DNA of 64,000 nucleotides, taken from assembly GCA_950097015.1 (NCBI GenBank), contig CATNEN010000012.1, forward strand, positions 2,914,001 to 2,978,000, read 5' to 3'. This stretch comes from Macrostomum hystrix (lineage: Eukaryota; Animalia; Platyhelminthes). The position numbers and the translations under genes were made by a program. Below, one piece after another: positions 1 through 12,500 of the stretch. The first letter of the stretch is position 1. Each line of letters starts with the position of its first letter. The notes under the pieces are model-generated. The model worked only from the letters and a program-made list of their open reading frames with translations, searched no databases and was not told where the DNA came from.

Positions 1-441
1 CCCCGACCCCCATTATCTGACCCGCTTAACACACCCCGACCCCCATTATCTGACCCGCTTAACACACCCCGACCCCCATTATCTGTCCCCTTAACACACC
101 CCGACCCCCATTATCTGACATTATCTGTCCCGCTTAACACACCCCGACCCCCATTATCTGACCCGCTTAATACACCCCGACCCCCATTATCTGACCCGCT
201 TAACACACCCCGACCCCCATTATCTGACCCGCTTAACACACCCCGACCCCCATTATCTGACCCGCTTAATACACCCCGACCCCCATTATCTGACCCGCTT
301 AACACACCTCGACCCCCATTATCCGACCCGCTTAACACACCCCGACCCCCATTATCTGACCCGCTTAACACACCCCGACCCCCATTATCTGACCCGCTTA
401 ACACACCCCGACCCCCATTATCTGTCCCACTTAACACACCC
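1..441. repeat. 33-bp minisatellite (CCCCGACCCCCATTATCTGACCCGCTTAACACA), ~13 copies, probably continuing beyond the window start
   Basis: Unit recurs at 1, 34, 67 etc.; the 111-aa ORF GGRGVLSGSDN is just the 33-bp period. Confidence 0.95.
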
Positions 442-1036
442 ACCACCTATTAGGGATTTATGCCAAATCAAGAAATAATATAATTAAACTGAATGGTGAA
501 AAAGACAAAAGGACATTTAAAAAACTGCTAAATCTAAAGCAATGTATTGTCTGTAAGACAGAAACAAACCAGAAGACGCCGATGCAGCCAGAGGATCAAT
601 ACACCTGAAGCAATTTTAAAATCCAAGCCAAGTTAATTCACCGAACAAAGCTTGAGACGGGGAAGAGACAGTTAAGTAAAAGAAAATAGTACAAGAATTG
701 ATCTTATAATAACTTATATAAGATTGAACTAGTCATATTGTAACTCGTGGCACATATATCTCGACCGAAATAAATCTGAAATGTGAAGACATACATATAG
801 ATAGATAATAACATAAATTAATAAATGACAATGAACAGCAAATAACTAGAAAGTCTTTCAAAACAGAAACACACACACACACTTAAAAATGTAGATGTAG
901 TTGTTGCTCTTATCAAATAACTAACCATAAATGACTTAAACTACCTCAAAAGCTTAGCTAAAAAAGACACTCCATTATGTGCTTATCTATCATCCAATCA
1001 TGAAACAGATACTCGAAGTTAGTTTCTAAATGTTAA

Positions 1037-2770
1037 TTAGACAACACGGCGGACTTCAAAGAAGCGTTTCAGATAGAAGACCTGACCAACAGTCATGGCG
1101 ATGAGGACCAGTGCTTCGAAGAATGACCAAAGTACAACTCGACTGTTGGTGTTGTCGTTGACTGAAAGTTAATTAACGGGGTAGATGTGCAGTAAAAAAC
1201 ACGCTTCCCAAGTAGCTACACTGTGCAAAAGTAGCTAGTTGAAGACACTTACTAGATCGATGGATTCGCTCGCGAACCTCCATGTACTCCTGCTCATGCT
1301 TGACGACAGTAAGGGAAGTTGACAGTTGGTTAATCATCTCCTCGAGCTTGTTGTGATGCTCATCCGCACTCATGTCCTTGCTGTCCTTGGGTTTCTCGCC
1401 AATGTCCATGGAGAATAGCACAATCTTTGGCGTCATTGTGCTCATCTTGTTAGAGAAGCAGTACTTGTACATGCCATCCATATGAGCAGCGAATGTGTAC
1501 TTGCCATTGGACTCTCGGTCACCGCTGTACACAACTTTGTTGTCAGGGCCATAGAGCTAGGTGAATGCAAATTAAACAGGTTTGATTAAATAAGTATAAA
1601 GAAAACCTTCTAAGCAAACAATAGATTTGATTAGATTTGAGAGACTAGAGATTTGATTTCATTGAAGATCAGGTCTTTATATTTTTCAAAACATAAAGGC
1701 AATTATAATAAAAACAAAAAAGCTAGCTGATATAAAACTTAAAACTCTTTTTTTGCAAAATATTAAACTATCTATATCTTATAGCCTATCTAACCAAACA
1801 TATAGCCAATAGATTTACAGAATAAACATTGAAAAAACTAAACAAGTATGCTATAAAACATGTGGAAGTTTTTCTTACCTATGCCTTAGAACAACTTTAA
1901 ATTTGCTAGCAATAAAATAAAAGCAGAAAAGGAGACAACAATTAGATTTTTCCTTACCTTAAAATGTCCACTCAATTTTATATAATTTTGCAATGTCATA
2001 TATATTAGCTAAAATATAAAGAATTCAAGCAAAAAAGCATAGCTAGCTTATATAAAGAACAAAATAACAGCCATAAAAACTACAATGTTTTACTAACCAG
2101 CTATGTGTGATTTTGTTATAATTTTTAAGTATTAGAGTTTATTTCTTATGCATTTACATAAATTTATTTAAATAGTATATAAAATTATCAATTGGTAATA
2201 AAAAGCCCTACAGAGCTAAATATCTAACAAGCAGCCCAAATTATTTATTTTTCACAGTAAACAATCTAATCTATCAGATATTTATAGGTCTATTATTATA
2301 AGTATTTTGTGATTATAGTTAAGAATAAATTAAGTACATTCAATTATGACAATACTCAATACAAGTATTCACTAAACCTCGTAGTTTATAAAAATGTTAA
2401 ACTTATTCTAGCAGTAATTAAATTGCAGCTATTTGATACGCTTTTGAGCTAAGGTCATACATCAGCAGCAAGCCAATGAAGAAAGATGAAGATAATCAAA
2501 GATGCATATTTCTATGAGACAACTTTATTTGAATAAGGAAGAAATAATAAGCAGTAAATTTCGCGAACAGAATAAGTAATAATAATAATATCTTACCTTA
2601 ACATCGATATCCAGAAAGCCACCCTCTGCGACTTCAAACATTAGTGTCATTTTGGTACCAGAAACAACGCGATCGAAGAAGCACTGCTCCTCATTTGCAT
2701 CAATAGTAATGAAGTAAGCATTGCAACCAGCGAATAGAACACCAAACAAAGTGAAATAGATAGGCCACAT
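1037..2770 (-). CDS. TMED2: p24 family cargo receptor TMED2 (p24beta), 200 aa, 3 exons
   Basis: Exons 2770-2597, 1556-1253, 1161-1037 with GT-AG ends and a continuous frame. Signal peptide, GOLD domain ([30 protein letters not shown]), [15 protein letters not shown] coiled coil, TM segment and tail [10 protein letters not shown]. Confidence 0.95.
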
Positions 2771-3996
2771 CGTGTTGATTTGGTTTTAAACTGCAGCCAC
2801 ACTGGCTTTCAAATGTAAATCAATTCTGTGCTAGTACAGTTGCTTGCGTTACTTTCCGATTCAATGCACTGCTTCACGACTCGGTGACGTGGGGAAAATA
2901 AGAACTTAAATTTCTGATTATTTATTTTTAAATGCAAATGCAAATAACATTTTCTTTAAAAAAAACAACCATTCAAACAGATTGCATGTGTATAATTCAA
3001 TAAATTTGATAAAACTTCCTATGTAGAAAACTTCTTTGTTTGAACGACTAAATGTTAGGACTTGTTTCCAACGATAAATTTGACTTGCATTTTACCTGTT
3101 TTTTAGAGTTCGTGCAGGTTTTACATTTCTGTATTCTGTATTGATATCTTTTCTGTAAGTTATTGGTCCCTATGTCTATATTTTCCCCGGGAATAAACAA
3201 CTCAAATGTTTTGTTTCCGATTTTAACATAAGCCTCGCCAAAGCAGTTTCATTCATCAATGCAAAAATATAACTCTAGACTACGGTACTTTCATATTGGA
3301 AACTGGAAAGTGTGGCTTTAATCGTTTGTATCTTTTGTATGTTGTATAAGTTATATTATAATAGAGCATTGCGTACTTCATAATACATAGTAACGATATT
3401 TCGTTAGAACAATAAAGAACAACGGATATGATCAACATAAAAAATATACATAATCCAGAAAATTATAGGCCAATAACTAGTGATTTTGTCAGGTATTAAT
3501 CGTCCTCTAGTTAAATAACATATCTATATATATTTTCCCAGGCTTGATTCTGAAAAAATTAAGTTGACCATTGTAACTATTTATTTAGCTGACAAAATAT
3601 GATTTTTCTGAGCAGATACATAAAGCGCTGCACAATGTTGGTAGCTAATAATTTCTTGTTTAAATTTTTGGAACTGAAAATGCTTTTGTTTCGAGAAATA
3701 AATGCAAAAATTGTGTATGTAGAAAAAAAGTATTTTGCTTAACGTTTTCGTACAAAATTGAATCCATTTTGAATCCAAAATTAAGTCCTTACTTTCTGTG
3801 GTATTTAGTTCAAACAGTTCTTAATCGTTCTATTTAAGGCTAATTAAAGTGCTTGTAAACGTCTTCTGATAGTGTTAAATATTACAGAAATCTCAAAGAA
3901 TGTAGGTTGCAATTCGTTTTTTTCATTTTAATTTTTAATTTCGTTTATCCTTACAGCCTACTTGAGATCCCAAAGACTTGCGATTACAAAACAAAA

Positions 3997-6375
3997 ATGT
4001 CAGTGAAAGCTCTTGGCGTGGCCGAGCAGCAGCCAGCGGGGCAGCAGCAGCGAAGCCCTGCCAAATTACCCACGGTTGCAGGTGGTACCCATGGAAAGGC
4101 GATGAAGTCTGAAACCGGCTGGCAGCTGGAGCCGGCCAGGAAGAAGCTCAGTACGCTGGAGACGCAGCGCGTTATGGGTGTGATGATTGACGGCTCAAAG
4201 CGTGTTGAACTCCTGGCCGCTTTGCCAGCATTGCTGCTCAACCTCGAGGAGTTCCAAATTGTGTTGGGCCGCGAGCTGACAGCCCAGCTAGTTGAGCACG
4301 GCAATTTGAGTAGACAATTTGATCTCGTCAGTGCCAAGCTCGATGTGATTTACGATCGCAAATTCGAGGCACCAAAGCTCGAAGCGCTGCCAGAGGACTT
4401 CTGGGACAACGTGAGCTTATTTTTTGTGCATTTCAACACCTAAATTTGCATTTACAGAATCCCACTAAGCCAGCTCTTTCTATAAAAAGTTACCGATAAA
4501 ATTCAGTGAAATTTCATTAAATTAGTTTTTTGTTGTTGAAAATTTGGTTAAAAAATCATACTTCAGGAAGCAGAGCCTGAAGTTGAAGCCGTCCCGACAG
4601 TTACGCAGACCAAGGAGGAGCTTCTGCCGCAGCAGTCGGAGCTGGAGGCCGAGGCAGCCAGCCTGCTGCCACGTCTGCAATTCTCGGTGCGAGTTCTTCT
4701 TCGCGCGTTTCGCAGCAACCCGGCTGCGGCGGCCGCTGTCCTTCAGTCTCCGAAGCTGAAGCCGCAGTCGCAGACCAAGGATATGCTGGAACGGATGGAG
4801 CGCCTGCGCGACATCATGGTCGTGCGCCTGATGACTACACCTGTGGAGAAGCAGGACAAGCTCACTTACCTGCACGAGATGTCCGAACGGGAGCGCCAAC
4901 ACGCTGAAGTCATCAAGAAGCTAGAAGCTGAGCTTGCAACAGCCACTGCCGATAAAGAGGCCGAAGTAAAGAAGAAGAACGACGTGATCAGGAAGATCCA
5001 GTCGGACATTCATCACGTCGAGAAGTACTCCGAGGAGAGTATTAAGAATATTCGTACCGAAGCTGAGAAGCAACAGCAGACGGACTCGAAGAACAGCGAA
5101 GGCAAAGTGCACAAGCTGACACAGGAGCGCAACCAGCTGCGGACCCAGCTGGACAACCTTATCGCAGAGCACCGCGACTCCGAGCAGCAGCTGCGCTCGC
5201 GCAAATTCAAACTGGAGACTGAGATTGAGAATATCATCGGCAAGTACGACGGCGAGATGAGCACCAGACAGGTGAGAAAAGATGAAATTTATATATTTCG
5301 TGCTAGTTTTTTTTTCTATTTATCCATTTTTGCTAATTTAGATTTTGACGATGTGCGATTTTTCTACTCGTTAATGTACCTTAATTAACGATGATGTAAA
5401 TTTTCGATCGAAAATGGGCACATGTTGATGTAGCAACATTCGATCAATAAATTTAAACATAAAAATAACTGTATGAGGGCTGCGGGCAATTCTCATTATT
5501 TGGTGATACTAGATCAGCAACCAGCGTGGACTCAATTCTGCCCATTTCGCTGACTCCTGAGCACACACGCAAACAGATACCCTACGCAGGCACACACTCA
5601 TACAGGTGTGTACATCTGCCCTGACTTTCTCATCGTCAGGCAGCGGAAGCTTTCACTGTGCTTAGGGGGTTGGCCCTCAAGGGCGTAGGTTGCACGACAA
5701 GCTCCCAAGCCTTCTCTCTGCGGCTGCGACTCAAATGAATGGGGCCTTGGTCTTCGTACGAGAGGCAAACGCGTTAACCGCTCTGCCACTGACCCCCACA
5801 TAATGTACTCGTGATGATGTAACATCTTTCGATCGATAAATGTACACATGATGATGTAACATCCTTCGATCGATAAATGTACACATGATGATGTAACATC
5901 CTTCGATCGATAAATGTACACATAATGATGTAACATCCTTCGATCGATAAAACTTTCGCTTATGTAACACTTTAGCGGTGATATAAATTTGAGCATCCTT
6001 CTTTGCTCACTCGCTCAGGAGGAGTACGAAGAGGTTGACGCAGCGTACACCGAGGAGAAGAAGCAGCTTTCTGAGCTGACCGAAAGATTCAATGTGAGGA
6101 TTTTTTTCAAATTCTTTGACTCTCCTTTTTTAGAACACAATACATAATTCCTCTTTAATTAATCCAATATGCGTCAGACCCTGGAAGATGAGTACAAACA
6201 GATCATGGAGGAGCGGCGGATTGCGGAGGAGCGCAGGCGGGCAGCCGAGCACGAGATGCAGATGATGATCAGCGCTGCTACCACCATCCAGAGCTTCTGG
6301 CGCTCCTACAAAATCCGCAAAACCATGCGAGGCAAGAAGAAGAAGGGCGGCGGCGGTGGCAAGAAGAAGAAGTGA
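3997..6375 (+). CDS. IQCD: IQ domain-containing protein D / dynein regulatory complex subunit DRC10, 463 aa, 4 exons
   Basis: Exons 3997-4410, 4567-5271, 6019-6093, 6178-6375 join in frame. Long coiled coil, KFKLETEIENIIGKYD, C-terminal IQ motif AATTIQSFWRSYKIRK and Lys/Gly tail typical of IQCD. Confidence 0.88.
5463..5797 (-). mobile_element. tRNA-derived SINE, copy 1 (B-box region deleted), in IQCD intron 2
   Basis: Colinear with the copies at 20.5 and 27.4 kb (shared CTGACTCCTGAGCACACACGC, GGTTGGCCCTCAAGGGC, TTGCACGACAAG, GCTCTGCCAC); possible 6-bp TSD ACATAA at 5457-5462 and 5798-5803. Confidence 0.8.
5813..5951. repeat. 37-bp minisatellite (GATGATGTAACATCCTTCGATCGATAAATGTACACAT), ~3.7 copies
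   Basis: Units start at 5813, 5850, 5887, 5924; degenerate copies also at ~5390-5460. Confidence 0.9.
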
Positions 6376-7494
6376 TGAGTTTAGAGTTCAAGGACAATGA
6401 GAGGCTGGGTTAATGCTTAAAAACTGGATAGACTATACTAGCCAACTTTGTTCATTGGCTTCCTTCAAATTCCGCGTCTATGTTTTTACATTCGTGATTA
6501 GAAGTTTGCTAGAAGAACACAGTGGAAGGACTGGTGGTTCAAGTCAATCTTTTTGGGATGTGATATTTAAATCGAGGGACAAGGACATACATAGCCTTTT
6601 GGGTAGCAACGAATAGTTGTACGAGCTAAATTTATTCACACAAGGAAAACTCCTACGCGTCTGTCGCCTGCTTACTATTCATTGCTGTCTTCTTTTTGGC
6701 TCTAATCCTTTTAGCTTGCTCCTATGGATGATAATGAATTTTGAATTTCTAAATAGCTCAAGATAAAGATTTTATCGATAAAGGATCAGAAAATAACTAT
6801 ATGTAAATGTCTCCGATCCCATGTACTCTTGCTAAGTGAACTTTCTGTGACCAGAACAGAAGTTCTTGTCCATTAGAAATTTCTTTTCCGTCAAAAATAT
6901 CCGTGTCTTTTTTTATAGATAAAGTATGCATTGTTCAGTTCAATTTAGATTACGACAATGGTCTTTGTTCGGGCGTATATGCTATGCTGTCAATAGAAAA
7001 AAAGATGCGAAATTGCTACGATTCAAAGCTTTGATTTATTATGTTCGTGCTGTTATTAAAACGCGTAAGTCGGAATTTTCTGTAAGCGTTTTTTGCACTA
7101 TTGAAATTGTGAATAAAAATAATCTGAATTATCAGAAACAATTAACATGAAACATAAATGTAGAATATAGAATAATCACATGAGACAGCCAAATTAGCTC
7201 AGATCATAAAACACACCAAGAGTTAGATATTTCAAGGTTATCAAATAAAAAGTTCTTTGTAAAAGCACTTGCGAACAGTTTATTAATCATCGAGTTAAAT
7301 TTTAAACTTGAACACATCTGTTGCAACGGGCGTGTTTATGGAAATTGCTTGGCGCATCTGAAGGCTGCGTACCACTGTTCAGTCCATGGATTGTGGGGAC
7401 GCCACACCACAACTTAATTACCCCAAACTGATGCCGGTGAACTGAAGCAAAGCAGAGTACAATTCGTTTGCTAAAGGACTCAGCTTGTTTCAGT

Positions 7495-7538
7495 ATTCCT
7501 GACTCAATTTGATTCAGTACTCAAATTGAGTCAGGAAT
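7495..7538. repeat. Perfect 18-bp inverted repeat with 8-nt loop
   Basis: ATTCCTGACTCAATTTGA (7495-7512) and its exact reverse complement TCAAATTGAGTCAGGAAT (7521-7538). Confidence 0.9.
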
Positions 7539-7749
7539 CGAACCGAAACCTTAAAGTCCCCTAGAAAATGTCCAACATACCGCTATGAGTAAGCAAAACT
7601 TCACAGCTTTATGAAGCCAACTGACGCCTAAAAAGATTTCTGAGGCATCATAGGCCTAGGCATTGTATTTATAGACCTAGTACGAGCTTTGAAAACAACA
7701 AATCAAACTCTTTTGCATGGGCAAACATTGTTGATCGTGGCAGTTTTGT

Positions 7750-9578
7750 TCAGGCCTCGCCAATCAGCGTTAACAAAACCTTCTGATAGTCTCCTGAGGT
7801 GTCGCCGCGAATCATTACGGCGAGACTCTCGCCGTACTGGCGCTGAAAGATGGCCTTGATGGCGGCCATGTCCGCTTCGCAGAAGCCGATGACTGTGCGC
7901 TGCAGGCGGCTGTCGTTGGTTCCAAGACCCTTCATGCTGTGGTATAGCATGCTTGCCACGTGCCTGCAAGGATGCAGAGACAGTAGTGAGCGAACTTCAT
8001 TAGGCTATACTTAAGACATTTATTCCTCTTTAGCTTATGAATGAGTCACTTAAAAGTCGAGTTCCTGCAACGTTGGGTCACTTTAACGTCGGGTCACTTT
8101 AACGTCGGGTCACTTTAACGTCGGGTCACTTTAACGTCGGGTCACTTTAACGTCGGGTCGCTTCACTGTTGAGTAACTTGACCATCAATTTCGACACTCG
8201 TAATGGGTCATAGATAGATCAGGGGGTCAGTCACTTTTCTAGATTTTGAGCAAGTTACAACAGCCACGATAGGGCACATGAGTTCGTAATACAGGAGCGT
8301 GAAAACTATGGTAATTTGCCAGAAAGCTTACCTGGCTGGATCCTCACAATAGGAAACGAGGCTGACCAGTGCCTTGCAATAGCTGCCGCTTGTCTCGGAA
8401 CAAATGGCTTCTTGAAGGGTTCGACGCCGTTTCTGCTTGTAGACCTCGGCGACTGCCGCGACATGAGCGGGTGAACGGCTGCAGATCAGGCGGTTCAGCG
8501 TGTCCTCGTCTGTGCCGAGGCGACCCTCGCCCGCCCGGTAGAGCATCTCGGCATCGGATTGCACGCTGGACTGAAGGGCGGGACCCTCCTCGCGTCCAGC
8601 TGTGAGCAGCGAGACCAGCACCTTGCGGAAGTTGCCGCTGGTGTCTGATCGGACGTCTGTCTCCAGGTTGCGATGAAAAACTGCGAGACGCATTTATTGT
8701 ATAATATGTAATATGTAATCTGTAAAATCTAACAACATTTTATAATTCAATAATTATGTCAGTTATAACTCAGGTAATAACGCACAATGCGTCCTTTACC
8801 AGCTATCGGACTTATATTATGGGAAAGTAAGTCCGAAAGTTGTAATTGGAAAAAGGACGAGAAACACTTTTTTCATATACTCGTATTTCAGTCATTAAAT
8901 AGTTTCTGATCAAGCAAAAATTCCGTCAAAGAACAAAAGGACAAATTTATTAAAAAGTTTTTGCGACTTGTTAAGTCTTCTATAATAAACTTACTCCTCT
9001 CATAAGCCTCCTTAATGGCCTTGATCTGCGAGTTGCAGCGACTTGTCAAGATGTCTATCAGAGTCTCCTCGTCTGTTCCGGCTCCCTGAAAATCAAAGTT
9101 TTCGATTTTGATGACGTCCGAGATGAGGTCCGGTTTATTGCATACTGATGATATGCTTCCATTCCTTAATAAATCGCGACAAACGATTGTATATTGGAAT
9201 TGAACAGACAGACCCGTATAGCTGAGCTGAGCTGATAGTGAATTTGTTGGACTATCGGATTCTCAAACAGAGTACAAAACATAGATTGACCTTCACAGCA
9301 GCTCGCAGGCAAATAGCGTCGTAATCGCACAGCAAGTAGCACAGACCCTTGCAGGTATTGTAGAAGTTGCCGCTCAACTCCGATTTGAAGGCGTCAACTA
9401 GAGTCTTGCCGAAGCTGGTCTCAAAGGCGCGCGCTATTTCGGCCCTCTGGTGCGACGGTCGTCTAGCCATGACATCGATGATGGTCTTCTCGTCTGTGCC
9501 TAGGCCCTTCATGGCCTTTTGCAGCCGATTGGCTTCTGCCAGTGCATTTAGAGGCCGCTCTGCGAAAGACAGGGCCAT
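7750..9578 (-). CDS. Annexin (four annexin repeats), ~313 aa, 4 coding exons; an additional 5' exon cannot be excluded
   Basis: Exons 9578-9291, 9085-8995, 8680-8332, 7963-7750 join in frame. Type II Ca-site motifs KGLGTDE..SELSG, GAGTDE..SDTSG, GRLGTDE..SETSG, KGLGTND..GDTSG. Confidence 0.92.
8071..8158. repeat. 16-bp minisatellite (CGTCGGGTCACTTTAA), ~5.5 copies, in the last annexin intron
   Basis: Directly visible tandem units. Confidence 0.95.
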
Positions 9579-12500
9579 AATGCTGTGCACATGCAGTGCT
9601 GCAGATTAGCGTTTAGTTAAAATCAAAGCGAATCTCGAGCGGAGCTAGTGTACCGCTTTCTGTGTCATCGCTGTGTAAACCTTGCATTAACATTTATATA
9701 CTCTATTACACACGCAGTACCTATCCTTTGCTCGCTCCAGCAGTGTACTAGGAAAACGTTCAATTTGGCCCTTCCACCTCATTTGAAAAGTGGCTTCTTG
9801 TCAGATTGGCGACGTGTGCGCAGTTAGCGGGGTGGCGTTGCTGCATGCGTCTCAACTGTTTATTATCAGGCGTTCATTTTCTGCGCACGTTGGGGTGGTT
9901 GGCTGCCACGAAAGGGGAGATAAGGGAGAGCGGTCCTGCACGAGGAGTTTAGAATCGATCGATCGAACTGGCAACCCCTTCCACCAGGGTTCGCTACTAC
10001 CAACAGTCACTCCCTCGACCTGGCTTCAGAAAGGCAGCTATTTCTGTATCCTATATGTACAGTGCATTGAATTCAGAGCAAGTGAAGAGCCAATGAAAAT
10101 GACGAATTTCTGGTGTTCTGGCAAAGGATAGAATTAATCTGCATGGTACAGTCATGAAGCTCTGAATCTAGAGACTGGAGAGACAACTCCCCGCCCTACC
10201 CCGATTTTCCGAACCCGTGTGGGCTGACTGCAGGCTGTCCGGAAAATACACTAAGCAGATGGGAAATTATGATGCACAGATTATATAGAAAAACACTAAC
10301 TTCTTCTTAATTTGTAGAAAAGATCAATACCTATCGAATGAACTAATAAACACTTCGAAATTGCGGAAAAGAAGAATATTTTCTGCAGTACAACTTTGCG
10401 AATTTAGTCCTAGAGATGGCAAGTTTCGTATTCCTTAAACTTTATTCAAGCACAGCTCAGTAGCTAAAACATATATGCACTCAAGATTCAACTAAAATTT
10501 AGAGAATTTATTCAGCTTTCTAATGAATTAAACATTTGATAATCTGTTGCATGATACGGAAGTTAGCAGTGTTTTTCTCCAAGCAGTGCATTGGAATTTC
10601 CTATTTTCAGATCTACGTATTTTCGGCCAGCCAGCCATGGGATGAGGGAGCTATAGAGTACGTGACACGAATACATGGATGTAAATAATATATTTATAGA
10701 TGAACGGAATGGATCGTGCATTCCGCTGTTCAATTTTGCCGACTTTGATAAACAAACTGACGGATATGAGATCCCTAACACCTCGCGTGTACCACCTGCA
10801 CGCATCGGCTGATTTGAGAGTTTGTATGCATGACAATACAAGCATGTACGCTCTTACAGTATCCTCACATTTAAGAGTTCACCACATACTAAGTTGACAA
10901 AGCAGTTTTGCCTGATCTGTCTTTTCATATTAAGCGTAACTATGAAACAACTTATTTCATGAGAGATCGGCCGGGGCTCTATAAAATCAGACCCAACTGC
11001 AGAATAAATGATACACTGTTGGGTTATTAGCCCGAAATTATCAAGGACCACATGCACGTAGCTATAACTTCTTATTTAATATACTTAATAAGCAGTCATT
11101 TTTTGTAAAGCGATAGAGTTAAAGAAAAAAACTCAAAGCATCGCGGTTCCTAGCTTTACAACATTACTCAATTTCGCGATGACAGTGTAATGGACATTCA
11201 TTGTCATTAAATGACAGAATAATATAGTATAGTGAGTCTCGATCACTTAAGGTATGCTAGGGACATCAGCAAACTTGGGAAAGAGTACTTCAATTATACT
11301 TACTATCATTCGTTGTCGAATTTCGTAGTGAAGAGTAAAATTTTGGCATTCAAACAACGGAATGTCAATTACCAATTAATGTTAAATGATGTAGAGTCGA
11401 AGGCAGAAATCATAGAAGAAAACATTAGTGTAGAAGAATATTGAATTAATACTTATTTCCGTATTTTGTCGTAGTAAGTGCAGTGGCAAAACATTAGTTC
11501 TAAATTTAGTTAGCTTCTAAATTTAAAGGCTTAATTTTCGAGGAAAATGTTTTATGGTTAACTTTTGAGTTAACCCGCTGAATACATATTACGTCTACTG
11601 TCGACTATTGAATCACTTAGTTAAATTATAGGCCTACCATAGAATTTTGGAAATTCTTACAATTATTTTATGTTTCTTGACTTTTTGTTTTCGCGTCTTT
11701 CGTGAATTCGATAAACATAAGATAATAGTAAACTATACTTGAGCTTGTGTAACACCTCTATTGCCCTTTGCCTCTTTCGCAGATGAGTCAAATGAACATC
11801 TTGTGCTGCAGTGCAGACTGAATATAGTTTTTCTCCAATATTTTAAGACTCCAATATAAATTTTTTATAGCTAAATATAGGATAGTTGCTTATTTAAGCA
11901 AAGAGTAAAAACTAGAGTTTTCTAAATACTCTTCTTAAGACAACATTTTGTATCTCTTATCAGCAAACTTCTTTTGTGTAAATTTTTTGATCTTATCTTA
12001 ATTTTCCAGAAAACCACAGCTTTTAATAGACATTAGCTATATAATAATTTCCTTCTATTTCCCAATTATCTTTTTTCAATTCTATCTTGAAATAGGCTTG
12101 TACGAGTACATTGTCATTAAATGTTTCTTTAATAAAAATTCTTTAACTAATGTATTGATTAGTGTAGCTATTAAACAACAAATGAGGCCCCTATATTGAT
12201 ATTTTGTTGATAAGAAAGATAATGACATTTAGCATAAATTTATTCATATCTACTTTAACTAGGCCTATCTTATCATTCTTAGAATTCTAGGGTCTACAAA
12301 AAATTCTTAAAATGGAAAATATATAACAAGCCTTAAGCCTATTCTGTTGATTCTACTATGTAAAAGTCATTTTCAGGAAGGTGGTAGATAATTTGATGCA
12401 CCTAATTCATTTGTGATCGTGCACATCACATTCGGTGCATACCATCTTTACTTGGTGCATAGAGCACTTTTTTCTGGATAATTTGGCCTAATTAAAGCAA

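Noticed and set aside
111-446. Gly-rich GGRGVLSGSDN protein
   Set aside because: Entirely the 33-bp repeat, with no flanking coding context
3563-3577. X-box upstream of IQCD (GTTGACCATTGTAAC)
   Set aside because: Needs a 1-nt insertion to fit the consensus and lies ~420 bp upstream in AT-rich DNA
3907-3996. Hydrophobic signal-peptide-like N-terminal extension on IQCD
   Set aside because: Comes from a TTG start in AT-rich upstream sequence; IQCD is an axonemal protein and the ATG at 3997 marks the GC shift
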